Position numbers and translations under genes: made by a program. The notes under the pieces are model-generated. The model had not been told where the DNA came from. It made no database searches and saw only the letters and a list, made by a program, of their open reading frames with translations. A stretch of DNA of 64,000 bases from the human T2T-CHM13v2.0 reference genome, Homo sapiens: NCBI RefSeq assembly GCF_009914755.1, contig NC_060944.1, one strand, 5' to 3'. Numbering within the stretch: position 1 is the first letter of the stretch; each line of letters begins with the position of its first letter. Shown in pieces: positions 15,390-28,960 of the stretch.

Positions 15390-16640
15390 AATTTTAAAAA
15401 ATATTGTTTATGATATTTTTAGGATACATGTAATATTTTAGTACCTGTTCATAATGTGTAGTGATCAAATCAGAGTAATTGGGATATCTATTACCTCAGA
15501 CGTTTTTCTTTGTGTTGGGAACATTATAAATCTTCAGCCGTTTTGAAGTATACAATAAATTATTAACTATAATTTTCCTACTGTACTATCGAATACTAGA
15601 ACTTATTCCTTCTCTCTGACATATTTTTGTACCCCTTAACCAACTTCTCTTCATCCCTCTTTCACCTCTTTCCCAGCCACTGCTAACCATCATTCTACAC
15701 TCTGTCTCCATAGGATCCACTTTTTTAGCTCCCACATGAGTGAGAACATGTAATATTTGTCTTTCTGTCTCTGTCTTATTGTAGCTAACATAATGACCTC
15801 CAGTAATATCCATGTTGCAATAAAAGAAGCGACAACATTTCTTTCTCTTTTCTGGCGGATAATATTCCATTGTGTGTATACCACATCTTCTTTATCCATT
15901 TATCCATTGATGGACACTTGGGTTGATTCCATATCTTGGCTATTGTGAATAGTGTTGCAATAAATAGGAGAGTTTAGATATCTTGTTGATACATTGATTT
16001 CCTTTCTTTTGGATATATGCCCAGCAGTGGGATTGCTGGATCATATAGTAGACCTATTTTAATTTTTTAAGGAACCTCTATACTGTTTTTTATAATCGTT
16101 TTATTACTTTAAATTCCTACCAATGGCGTATGAACATTCCCCTTTCTCTACATCTTCACCAGCATTTGTTATTTCCTGTCTTATTGATAATAGCCATTCT
16201 AACTAGGGTGAGATGATATCTCTCTTTTTTTTTTTTTTTAAGAGATAGGGTCTTGCTTATTCTCCCAGGCTGGAGTGCAGTGGTCCGATCATAGCTCACT
16301 ACAGCTTCAAACTCCTGGCCTGTAGTAATCCTCCCACCTCAGCCTTCTGAGTACCTAGGACTACAGGTATGGATCACCACGCCTGGCTAATTTTTAAATT
16401 TTTTCCAAAGATGAGGTCTGGAAATGTTGCCCCAGCTCATCTGGAACACCTGGCCTGAAATAATCCTCCTGCCCGGGCCTCCCAGAATGCTAGGATTACA
16501 GATATGAGCCACTGTACCGGCTCTTTGTGGTTTCAATTTGCATTTTCCTAATGATTAGTGATATTGAGATTTTTTCTTATGACTGTTGCCCATTTGTATG
16601 TCTTTTGAGAAATGTCTATTCAGGCCTTTTGCCCAACTTT
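15390..16640 (-). mobile_element. L1MA-type 3' end, interrupted by an Alu
   Basis: Motifs gctcccacatgagtgagaacatg, cccagcagtgggattgctggatcata and tagccattctaactagggtgag. Confidence 0.88.
16225..16522 (-). mobile_element. AluJ-like
   Basis: Diverged antisense dimeric Alu. Confidence 0.92.
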
Positions 16641-16904
16641 AATTCTAATCATTATTCTTGGATCAGTAGTTTCAACGTGTAAAGAATTTATTTCTCTTTG
16701 CCACAGTTTTCTCATACTAAGATCATTGGCAGGAAACTTGTTTTGGTGGGCAAGCTACTTATACGGAGGAGCTTTAGGAGCTTTTAGAGAGAGTACTTTT
16801 TATTTTGGAAGTAGATGACTTCTAGGGGGAGTGGGCCCATGGTGCACAGTGACCAGGTTAGCACATTGCATGACTTGTATTCCTCCTGAGACTTTCTTCT
16901 AAAT

Positions 16905-17240
16905 CTGAGGTCATAAACTGGCAGCAACCAGCTCACAGACCTTTCTGTGTGTCCTATACGGTGTTTAAATTTTTAATTTTTAAAAATTAGTTGCTTATGT
17001 TAAAAACTTATGAGATTTTACACAAAATGTTGGATCTCCAGCTTATTTTGAAAATGTGAAAGATCTGGCTACAGTAGACCTACATTATTGGTTAATGGTT
17101 GTCTGGAGCTGAGTGGCAGCTGCCCTCTTTAGGTATGACCTCTCTAATTCTTCACACTATTTGACCTACTTCACTCATTTGTATTAACTGTCTGACCTGT
17201 CTGACACTTAGGGGCATTTGATATTGGGACTCTTGCACTA
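16905..17240. mobile_element. MER102-like hAT element
   Basis: Motifs gagattttacacaaaa...ttgaaaatgtgaaagatctggc and ctggagctgagtggcagctgccc. Confidence 0.65.
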
Positions 17241-17504
17241 AATTGTTTGGATTTATATATGCTTGAGCCAGCCTATTCTGATATATGACATTCTACTCTA
17301 TTTGTACCTTCAGAATGTTAAGATAATTTACTTAATAAAAGTCTCTTACAGAAAAATTTCAAACTAAGCAATAAAATTGAGATGAGAGATACATGAGCTG
17401 CTCTCCCAACAAAGATCAAATGAAAACTGTCTTCATAGTTGATATTCTTGTTACATAGCTTTTACCTTGATCCTAAAGCAAGCATTTGAAATAATAGTCT
17501 AGAA

Positions 17505-17680
17505 CAGTGGTTCTCAAAGTGGTCCCAGACCAGCAGTGTTAGCATCACCTAGAGACTGTTAGAAAGGCAGTTATTCAGGCCTTACCCCAGGCGGACTGAA
17601 TAGGAATATCTGGGGACAGCACCCATTGATTGGTGTTTTAACCTGTCCTCCTGGTGACTCTTACCCACTAAAGTTGTTCT
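17505..17680. mobile_element. MER5A (hAT-Charlie)
   Basis: cagtggttctcaaagtggtcccagaccagcag, preceded by a gtctagaa target site. Confidence 0.85.
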
Positions 17681-18004
17681 AAAAGGTTTTTACAGTAGTA
17701 TATCTTCATATACATTTCTTGTTTTCTTTTCTATTAGGTACTATAGAAATTCAGAGATAAGGATGTATTTCTATTTTATTAACATTGTATGATTTTTAAA
17801 TTTCCTTGTTATTCCCCTTTTGAGTCTCCTATACTCTTACTGGAGGTACCAAAGAAGCACATAAAATATGGAAAATGTATGTTTGTAAGTGACATCTGGC
17901 AAATAAAGAGCTAGTCCTTTGAGTGAAGAAAGTTCTGAATAATCTCCTGAAAGCTTAACGAAGGATATGTGTCAGACTTGCTAACATGTTTCCCTCACAG
18001 TTGC

Positions 18005-18301
18005 TTTTTTTTTTTTTTTGAGATGGAGTCTCACTCTGTTGCTCAGGCTGGAGTGCAGTGGTGACATGATCTCAGCTCACTGCAACCTCCGCCGCCCGGG
18101 TTCAAGCACTTCTCTGCCTCAGCCTCCTGAGTATCTGGGATTATAGGTGCCTGCCACCACACCCAGCTAATTTTTGTATTTTTAGTAGAGACAGGGTTTC
18201 ACCATCTTGGCCAGGCTGATCTTGAACACCTGACCTTGTGATCCACTCTCTTTGGCCTCCCAAAGTGCTGGGAGTACAGGCGTGAGCCACCGGGCCCAGC
18301 C
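18005..18301 (-). mobile_element. AluS-like
   Basis: Antisense dimeric Alu. Confidence 0.95.
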
Positions 18302-18812
18302 TCCTTCACAATCTCTTACAGACTTTCTGATTTCTAGGCAGATAGTATTTAATTATGAAAAAAGATAATTCTGTTTCCTCCTATGAAGAGAATTGCTGCT
18401 TTCCAATGACCTTTTTGCCCAAAATGGCAAATAGGAAGTAATTTAATCAGGAGTAGCCGAATTTTGTACTGACAAAACTTCATATTTTCATCTGAAACTG
18501 AATATTTATCTCATTTCTAAAAGTGAATTGCCTGTTTGCCAAGTTGAGAAACCCCTCCAAAAATTTCTAATAGTGTTTAAGATACATAGTGATTAAAATA
18601 TAAAAGGTGCTTAAAAATGCAATAGTCTCTAAAATTGATATTTCATATTCTATTAGCAGATCACTTTTTTGGAAAAAAATGTAATATTTTGTGAGAATTC
18701 AGACCTTCCCATTTTGCCATTCATAAAGCCACAAACAGCTGTAAACTTAAATCCAATTTGGCTCATGAATCTTCCAAAAACACACTGTAATATTTTAGTT
18801 TAAGATGACCCA

Positions 18813-18947
18813 GGCTGGGTGCAGTGGCTCATACCTGTAATCCCAGCACTTTGGGAGGCTGAGGTGGAAGGTTTGCTTGAGCTCAGGAGTTCGAGACCAG
18901 CCTGGCACATAGTGAGACCCCATCTCTATTACAAAAATAAAAAAAAG
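18813..18947 (+). mobile_element. Monomeric Alu (FLAM-like)
   Basis: Left monomer followed directly by an A-rich tail. Confidence 0.85.
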
Positions 18948-19437
18948 ATGGCCCAAGTGCCAACAGTGGTGAACAAAACAGACCAGGCCCATGTTCTCAT
19001 GGAGTTTACAGTGAAGGAAATAGACATTAAGCCAGTACCCTAGTAGGTATCAGTTCAGGTAATAATAGCGAATTTTTTTTTTTTTAAAGCACAGTTAAGA
19101 GATATTGTGAGAAAAGGCCTGTGGAGAGACAGGACATTCAGCTGAGACATCAGTGAAGAGGGGAAGCAAGTCACAGGAAGGTAGGGGAAATAAGTACAGA
19201 GACTGTGAGGCAAGACATAGACTATGTGTAAGGAAGGAAAGGAGTCCATTGTGGCTGGAGCCGAGTGACACATGGGATAGCAGTTTAAATGTAAATGCAT
19301 CAGTAATCACAGTAAATGTGAGTGCACTAAAATCTCCTATTAGAAGAGAAAGAGTCTGGATAAAAATAACAGTCAAATTCCGGCTAAATGCTGTTTATAA
19401 GAGATGTAACGGAAAGAAAATACAACCGAAAAGTTTA

Positions 19438-19855
<418 letters not shown>

Positions 19856-20159
19856 TTACCTGGGAAGGATATGTTTTATACTGTTAAAAGGTATACTTTA
19901 TCTAGAAGATGTAAGTCATGCACCTATATGAAACATACATATTTATCCCAAACTGATAGAAATAGAAGGAGCAATGAGAATACTGCAATTATAGTTTCAA
20001 GAAGTTAATCAAGAAGACTTAAATATTCTTCTCTCCAAAATTGACATTTCAGTTAGACAAAAAACTAACGCAATTAACAACACTGATAAAACAGAAAATA
20101 GACAAAATTTCTAATATATATGAAACTTTAAAAACATGGAATATTTGTAAAACAACTAT

Positions 20160-21465
20160 TTTATTCTTTTTTTTTACCTTTATTTCAGGTTCAGGGGTAC
20201 ATGTGCAGGTTTGTTACACAGGTGAATTGTGTGTCATGGGGGTTTGGTGTACAGATTATTTCATCACACAGGTAATAAGCATAGTAACCCATAGGTAGTT
20301 TTTCGATCCTCACCCTCCTCCCACCCTCTGCCCTCAAGGAAGCCCTGATTTCTATTGTTCTGTTCTTTGTGTCCATGTGTACTCAGTGTTGAGCTCCTAC
20401 TTACAAGTGAGAACATGCTGTATTTGGTTTTCTGTCCTTGTGTTAGTTTGCTTGGGATAATGGCCTCCAGCTCATCCATGTTGCTGCAAAGGATGTGATC
20501 TTGCTCGTTTCTGTGGCTGTGTAGTATACCATGTCAACATGTACCACATTTTCTTTATCCAGTCTGTCATTGATGGGCATTTAGGTTAATTTCATGTTTT
20601 TGCTATTGTGAATAGTACTGCAGCGAACACAACACATGCATGTGTCTTTATGGTAGAACAATTTCTGTGCCTTTGGGTATATACTCAATAATGGGACTGC
20701 TAGGTTGAACAGTAATTCTCTTTTAAGTTCTTTGAGAAATCGACACATGGCTTTCCACCATGATTGAACTAATTTACATTCCCACCAGCAGTGTATAAGT
20801 AATCCCATTTCTCTGCAACCTCGCCAGCATCTGTTATTTTTGATTTTCTAATAATAGCCATTCTGACTGGTATGAGATAGTATCTCATTGTGGTTTTGAT
20901 TTGCATTTTTCTAATGGTTAGTGATGTTGAGTATTTTTTTCACATGCTTATTGACCATGTGTATGTCTTCTTTTGAGAAGTGTCTGTTCATGTCCTTTCC
21001 CCATTTTTAATGAGGTCGTTTGCTTTTTACTTGTTAATTTGTTTAAGTTCCTTACAGATTCTGAATATTAGATCTTTCTTGGATGCATAGTTTGCAGAAA
21101 TTTTCTCCCATTTTGTAGGTTGTCTGTTCACTCTGTTGAAAGTTTATTTTGCTGTTCAGAAGCTCTTTAGTTTAATTAGAACCTATTTGCCAATTTTAAT
21201 TTCTGTTACAATTGCTTTTGTTGCCTTCATCATGAAATCTTCGCCAGGTCCTATATCCAGAATGGTGTTTTCTAGGTTATCTTCTAGGGTTTTTATAGTT
21301 TTAGGTTTTACATTTAAGTCTTTAATTCATTTTGAGTTGATTTTTGTATACGGTTTAAGGAGGGGGGTCCAGTTTCAGTCTTTTGCATATGGCTAGCCAG
21401 TTATCTCAGGATCATTTATTGAATAAGGAGTCCTTTCTCCATTGCTTGTGTTCGTCAACTTTGAG
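20160..21465 (-). mobile_element. Older L1PA/L1PB 3' end (~1.3 kb)
   Basis: ggttcaggggtacatgtgcaggtttgttac; minus-strand ORFs MDELEAII.. and LLIHCWWECKLVQ are L1 3'UTR and ORF2 C-terminus. Confidence 0.93.
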
Positions 21466-21473
21466 TTACTATG

Positions 21474-21778
21474 TTTTTTTTGTTTTTTGTTTTGAGACAG
21501 AGTCTTGCTCTGTTGCCCAGGCTGGAGTAATGCAGTGGCGTGATCTCAACTCACTGCAATCTCTGCCTCCTGGGTTCAAGTGATTCTCCTGCCTCAGCCT
21601 CCTGAATAGCTGAGATTACAGGCACCTGCTACTCTACCTGGCTAATTTTTGTATTTTTAGTAGAGATGGGGTTTCACCATGTTGGCCAGGCTGGTCTCAA
21701 TCTCCTGACTTTGGGTGATCTACCCACCTCGGCCTTTCAAAGTGCTGGGATTACAGGTGTGAGCCACCATGCCCAGCC
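21474..21778 (-). mobile_element. AluS-like
   Basis: Antisense dimeric Alu. Confidence 0.95.
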
Positions 21779-22529
21779 AATGTTTGAAAGGGTTAAAAAA
21801 GAAATCAGGCCACGTTACCTGACTATAATGCAATAAAATTAGAAATTAACATTAAGAAAGTAGTCAAAGCCACTTTATCCCACCTGGAGATATAAAAATA
21901 TATTCTTAAATCTTACTTTAAAGATAAAATAAAATATAAATTATAAACAATTTAGAAATGAATAATAAGAATTATACAAAATTCAAATCCCTGTAATTCA
22001 GAACCTGTGGGAGGCAGTAAACAATGGCACTTAGAAGAAGATTTATAGCCTTAAATGAATTTTCTTTTTAGAATACAAGAAAGATTATAAATAAGTTAAA
22101 AATAGGATAAAGATAAAAGCAGAATTTAATGAAAATAGAAAACAAACCAAAAAGTTGATTGGTAAAAACCAACAGCAAGATATTTGAAAGGACCTGATAT
22201 TTGGTAGATTTGATCAAGTTAAAAAGGAAGAGTGTACCAATAAACTGCAGTAGGGGAAAGGCGAGAGACAGTTACTAGAAACAGAATATGGCAGTGTGAT
22301 TAGAGATTATTATTTATAATTTTATATTATTAAATTTGAAAACTTAGATAAATAGATGTTTAAACACTATGCCATATTTACTTCCCATGTGGAAGTGTAA
22401 ATGCATAAAAATATGCAAGATACTTTTGAACAAGAAGAACAAGGTTGATCTTATTCTTTCAGAGACCAAAACATACCACAAAACCACAATAATGAAAGCA
22501 CTGTGATATTGGCATAAGAATAGAACATA

Positions 22530-22839
22530 GGCCAGGTGTGGTGGTTCACCCTGTAATCCCAGCACTTTGGGAGGTTAAGGCGGGAGGATCACTTGAACCC
22601 AGGAATTTGAGATCAGCCTAAGTATCATAGTGAGATCCCCATCTCTACAAAAAAAAGGAAAAAAAATTAGCTGGGCTTGGTGGTATATGCCTATAATCTC
22701 AGCTACTTGAGAGGCTGAGGTGGGAGGATCTCTTGAGCCCAGGAGTTCGAGGCTGCAGTGAGCTAGGATTGCACCACTGTATACTGCCCTGAGTGACAGA
22801 GTGAGACCCCATGTCTTAAAACAACAACAACAACAAAAG
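22530..22839 (+). mobile_element. AluJ-like with (CAA)n tail
   Basis: Dimeric Alu. Confidence 0.95.
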
Positions 22840-23769
22840 ATCAATGTTAAAGAGTAGGATTAAGAAACATACCTATGTATGTATATGTGTGTGTGTATAT
22901 ATAATATAGATAAATTTTTAAAAATATATACACCTTTGTTGGATGCATAGTTTACATTATATATGAGTGTATTATATAATGATAAAATACAAAATAATGC
23001 AAACTGTAAAATTTGTGTAAATTTAATAAAACACAAATCATGCTACCATTTCTATGTATATGCACACATACAGCTGCATAGATAAAAAAAGACAGGATCT
23101 AAAAATAACTTGAAAGTCATTACCTGTGGAGAGAACTTTAGTTTTAGCTGTCTTTACACAGAGAGAGAATATATTACTATATCAATATATTACTTGCTTA
23201 ACTTAAAAGAAATAAATAGAGCAAGATACATTTTTAAACTTTCAATTGAGATTTTTTTTCTGGTTTTAGTCTAAATAAAGTTAACCAGGTTATATATATA
23301 CAGATTAAGAGAACCACAATACTTTTCAGTCAGTTATCAGCTTTGCAAGTATTGTTGATTATTAGCTTTCAGTATCCTTAGCTTTTAGAGTAAATTTCCT
23401 ATTTATTCAAATGAAGTTGCTTTCAGATTTCTTATGACTTCTTCTATAAAAAGAGTTGATAGTAACTGGCCCTCACATATTAATTCAATCTATATTTATT
23501 GAGGTTCTCTGTGTGTACTATGTGTGAATAGATAAGACTGCGAGATCTTTTACAGCCTTCACTTTATCTTACCCGTCTTTGTATTCATAACACCTAGCAA
23601 TTGCCCAGCTTAGAGTTAGCACACCATTTCAAATTAAACTCAGACATAGTCTCTGAATTCATTCATTATTTTATTCAACTACTAGTTGAATTAAACTCAA
23701 ATATAGTCATTACGCTTAGAGAGTTTATGATGTAGCAGAAAATAATCAAATGATTTTGATACATTATAC

Positions 23770-24980
23770 TAATGATAGCTTACATTTATTGAAAATGTAC
23801 TATGTGCCAGGCATTACATATGTTACCTCGCTCTCAGAACCATCCCATGAAGTAGGAATGTTGTTATTGCCATTTTAGGGGTAAAAAAACTGAGGCTTAA
23901 TAGGAAGAATAAGTTCAAGAGATCTATTGTACAACATGGTAACTAGTTAATAAACAATGTATTGTATTTTGAAAATCACTGAGAGAGTAGATTTTAATTA
24001 AGTGTTCTCACCACAAAGAAATTGTAAGTATGTGAGGTAGCACACATGTAAATTAGCTCGATTGAGCCATTTCACAATGTATGTACATACAGTATATCCT
24101 TATGAGGTTCATTTTATGAGGTTTCAGTTACCCACTGCAGTCTGAAAATATTAAATGGAAACTTGTAGAAATAAACAGTTTCTAAGTTTTAAGTAGCATG
24201 CCATTCTGAGTAACATGATGCAATCTTGTGCCATGGCGCATCATCCCGCCTGGGACATGAATCATCCCTTTGTCCAGCATATCTGTGCAGTACACGGTAC
24301 CCACTCCTAGTCACTTAGGAGCCAATTTGGTTATCAGATCACCTTTTGAGGTATAACAGTGCTTGTGTTCAGGGAACCCTTATTTTGCTTAATAATGTCC
24401 CCAGCGTGCGAGAGTAGCGATGCTGGCAATTCCAGCTTGCCAAAGAGAAGATGTAAAGTGCTTCTTTTAAGAGAAGAGGTGAAAGTTCTTGACCAAAAAT
24501 AAGGGGGGAAAAACCATATGCTGAGGTTGCTAAGATCTGTGGTAAGAACGAATCATCCATCCATGAAAATTGTGAACAAATGTGAATCTTCCATCCGCGA
24601 ATTGTTGTTGTAATTGTTCTATTTTATTATTAGTTATTGATAAATTCTTAACTGTAACAACTTTATAAATTAAACTTCATTATAGGTATTTACGTATGGG
24701 AAAAAGCTGAATGTATAGGGTTCGTTACCATCCACAGTTTCAGGCATCCACTGGGGTTTTCAGAATGTATCTCCTGTGGATAAGGGAGGGACTACTGTAT
24801 TTCAAAACATCATGTTGTATACAATAAATATGTACAAACTGTATTTGTCAATTAAAAGAAAACCCTGAGACTAAAAGGGAGGTGGTTGACTACAGTTATA
24901 CAGACAGTTAGTGGCACAGTGAGGATTTTAACCAAAGCAGTTTGGCTCCAGAGCCCATCCTCTTAACTATCTGTACTGTG
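23770..24980. mobile_element. MIR interrupted by an L1MA 3' end (~23900-24862, + strand)
   Basis: MIR halves (atttattga..ctatgtgccaggc; tttggctccagagccc) flank L1MA motifs aataagttcaagagatctattgtacaacatgg and caaaacatcatgttgtacacaataaata. Confidence 0.75.
24090..24797. mobile_element. MER44 (Tigger7-derived) DNA transposon
   Basis: TA|cagta...tactg|TA ends and MER44 core gcgatgctggcaattc..gccaaagagaag. Confidence 0.88.
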
Positions 24981-26049
24981 TGGCATTTTTCTAGGCTATT
25001 CTGGTAAGTTCTCTCCATAAAGTACATAAAGAAGGGGCTGTAGGAGCCCAAAAGAGAGAGCAAGAACCCCAGGGAAGGCACCAATAAGTGTCATTGGAAG
25101 TGTGTTTTGAAAGATGAAGTGTGTCTGTGGGGATACTAAGGAGTGTGGCATGGGTCCAGGAAGTACTGAGTAATTGAGCTGGAGCATTACCAGTGTGGAT
25201 GTGTGCAAAAGGGGAGGAAGGGAGCGAAGGAGAGAACTTCAGGTGAAGTAAATTAATGCCCAATGTACCCTTTTTTGCTGGAAATATTTAGTACTCTTTT
25301 AGATTTTTTCCTTGGTATATCAGAGAAATTAAAAATGGAGTCCTAATGCAGCACAGAGAGCTAATATCCATCTGACGTTGTGTGATAATGGGTCCATCAG
25401 GATATAAAACCACCAAACTGTTAATTCAAAATTAATTTGATAAAAGTAACAGAACCTGAACAAAATTGATTGTTTGAATTCCCTGGATAGTTATAAGCCA
25501 TTCAGTTGGCTTTTTGTGGTAAGGAAGGATAAATTTTAGCCCTGAGTTTTTCCCAGGAGGCCGATAACAACCTATGATTCCATGAAACTTTATCTTAACC
25601 ATTCTCTCCTAGATCAGGGCTCCAAATCTGATTGTAAGTTGAGATTTCTTTGGGTTTTTACAAAGAAGCTTTACTGAATTGTCAGAACATAGTCAGTTAC
25701 TCATTTATTATTAGGTTGTACTTTTTGCTTTTGGCTGCACATGTTAGAAATCAGACACTTGCTGGGAGGCAAGAATTATTACTACCTTATTTATAATTAG
25801 AAATCATGATTGAAATGGTAGAAGAAATGCTTTATTTGCCTACGCTTAAGTCAATACTGTCAAGAATGCATCTTGATGTTTCCTGGGAACTCAGTTATCT
25901 ACAATTTGAAACTTTATCTGCCATTTCATAGAGACAAAAATAACTCTCCCAAAACATTTGGTGAAATTATTGTTCATTTATTTCAAAGTGACTCTAAAAG
26001 TTAGTGCATATTCTTAAATTTACCAGCCTTTAATGGTAAGGTAAAATTT

Positions 26050-28960
26050 AATGTCCCATTACTCAGTTACAACAATCATCAAGTCAGCTATTCTTGTTTT
26101 ATTTAATCCTTCACCTCCACTATTCACCCACACTGCTTGATTGTTTTGAAGCAAATCCCAGGCATATCTCATTTCTAAATATTTCATGTGTATTTATAAA
26201 ATATTATTGACCTTTTAAAAATTATAATTATAATACCTTTATCATACTTTTACAAATTAGGAGTAATAAATTTCCTTAATGCCAAAAAATGCCTTGTTAC
26301 TGTTTAGTCTCCTGGATTTATATATATTTTTTAGCTTGTTTGAATTAGGATCCAAATGCGATTTATAGGAAGTTGGTTGATATGTCTCTTAAGCCACTTT
26401 TAATTTAAAGCCCTTCCTTTCTGCTACCCCTGCTCGTGTACTCTGAGATACTGTTGGAGAAACCCAGTTGTTATCCCATATAGTTTCAACCTTCATTCGG
26501 GATATTGCTGATTGCATCTAAGTGGTCTTATTTAATATGTTCCCTGAGTTTCTTATAAATTGGTAGTTTTATCTAGAACAGAGGTCCTCAGGACCGCTTC
26601 ATACTTATAAACATTATTGAGGACCCCAGAGGGCTTTCGTTTATACTAATATTTACTGAATTAGAAATTAAAACTCAAAAAATGTTTAAAGAATTTATTT
26701 ACTTAAAAAAAAAGCTAATTATACATTAATGTAGTTTTTTTCAATGAAAAATGACCATTTTCCCAAAACAAAAACAAATGAGTAAGAAAAATAGCATTGT
26801 TTACATTTTTCAAATTTTTTGGCTTAGACAGATAGATGATCCTATCTGTTTTGCATTCAGTCTGTTGTCATACATTGTTCTGTTTGAAGTATAGGAAGAA
26901 AGTCTAGCCTAGCAAAAAGAGGTGTAGTTGAAAAAGACAGAACTATTGTAATAGCTGTTTAAGATAACTGTGGATAGTCTTTGACCCTATACCAAAACTC
27001 AACAAGTAGTGGTTTCTTATAGGTTAGTTGCAATGTAGAATATAAAACTAAATTCATGAAATTTTCTTACTCTGTATATTAAAATTCATTGATGTTTTAA
27101 AATTTTGAGTGGAACTTTTACTCACACATGATTTTGTAACATCACGCATTGGGCATTTGGAAGATGTTGGTTCATTCAGTTACATGGATCTTCTAAATGT
27201 TGGCACATTTCATTAAACAATATAAAAAAACCCCACATTCCTTGAAGTTATGACCAGTCTCATCAGAAGAGTAGCTAAGTGTAGGGAAGTTGTCAAGCTC
27301 ACAGTGGTAGATTCAAGTTTTCCAGAATACTTATTTTCATTTGAAGGTTTGAATTTTATCATCAGCTACAACACTCTTAGTTGTTTTCCTTTGAGTGACA
27401 GACTCACTTTTTTCATTTCTGAGAAAATGTCTGCCAGATACCCAAGTCTGAATACTCACAGTTTGTCATTTTTCATGTAAAATGGTGCTCTGTGGAAAAA
27501 GCAGCTGGTTGAGCTTGCAGCTCAATTGCACAAGTGCTTTGCTTCAAAATGACCATTGTATTTCAGTTAAAACAGAAGTGCTATATGCGGACTTCCCATT
27601 TCATCATAGATACTATTAAAAAGACATGAACTTTTTTACTACTTCATCAAGGACATTCTTAAGGATTTTTAAAAAACTGTAGCCAGTGACTGTAAAGAAT
27701 GCAATAACTGCTGACACTATTTGGTGCCACTTTTTGATTTCTACTGAGGCTAACAGTTTTAGCCCCCACTGCTTTTGTGTAATCAGTACAGATGTCAACA
27801 CAGTAGAAAAGTCAAATAGTGTCTTAAGATTAATATGAAAATAGTTTGGTCTTATAGAGTCCCCTAAGAGTGTGTCAGGGATCTTCCAGGGATCTGCAAG
27901 CCAGACTTTGAGAATTGCTGATCTAGAAGCTTGATCAGAATCAGGTTCGATTTTTTTTTTTTTTTTTGGCAAGGGTATTTCATAGGTGGTATGTATACTT
28001 CCATCAGAAGGTTCATAATATCTGGATATATGGTCATCTCTCTTTTTCCGTTGTTAGAAACCAGTGAAGGTCATTGTCTGGATGCCATTTCATTAGAGGT
28101 TACAAAGTGGTGACATTTGATCATTTCTTCTCCATTTACCAATTGAAGTAAAGAAGCATTTCATTATTTAGATAATCTCAGGTACAATGTATACAGAAAA
28201 GACAGAATATGCACTTGATTTTTTGATTTTTATTATAATTTTCAAAATAATGTATTGGTTCCCTGGCATTCTCCAAAGATATAACCAGGGATTTTTTTTG
28301 TATCATAAATTCGTGGATTTAAAAATATTTGATCTGTTTCAATCCTTTCAACTATTTCTTATGTTCAAATGGTTCCATCTTGATATAACCCCAGTAGTTA
28401 CTTTTAAATGTTTTATTGAGGTATGCTTTATATACTCCCTGGTAGTTTGTGAGAGCATCCTTGCTTTCTAGTATGATGAGATGTGAGATGTTCCAGGCTC
28501 ATCTTGTCCATGTCTTGCTCCAAACCTGGAAACAGACCTTTTTTTTTTTTTAAGGAACTCAGGTTTTTAAAATGGGAAATGGTAATTAGAGACCACAGTC
28601 TGGGTGCAAGTTGTGCTCATTGCAGTTAGGTCATTTTTTTCTAAGCCTTTTCAATGTATGAATCCAGGAAATGTGTTTATTACAAACTCATGCGTTCTTA
28701 TGCTATTTCCAGTGTAGATTGAATACTACTAGTTTTTTCCTTAACCACTTTCATCCCACATCTGTAATCCTTTCCCCCATGCCAAATATCTTCCCAGCAA
28801 TTCTAATATAATTACTCATTTGTTTTTCAATTCACAATAAATGTCAGCCTCGGAATAATAATACCAGTACTTCTGACAACAATACTGAAAACAGTTAAAG
28901 ATTGGTGTTGCAGCTTGTTGTCCTTAGGGACATCCCATATAGATGTACAATGAAATTATT
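26050..28960 (-). mobile_element. L1MC-type 3' region hosting the Charlie element
   Basis: Motifs gaagcaaatcccaggcat, gatgttccaggctcatcttg and ttagagaccacagtctggg. Confidence 0.6.
26579..27920. mobile_element. Charlie1-family hAT transposon (Charlie1a-like, 1342 bp)
   Basis: Perfect 8-bp TSD ATCTAGAA at 26571-26578 and 27921-27928; termini cagaggtcctca...tgagaattgctg. Confidence 0.88.
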
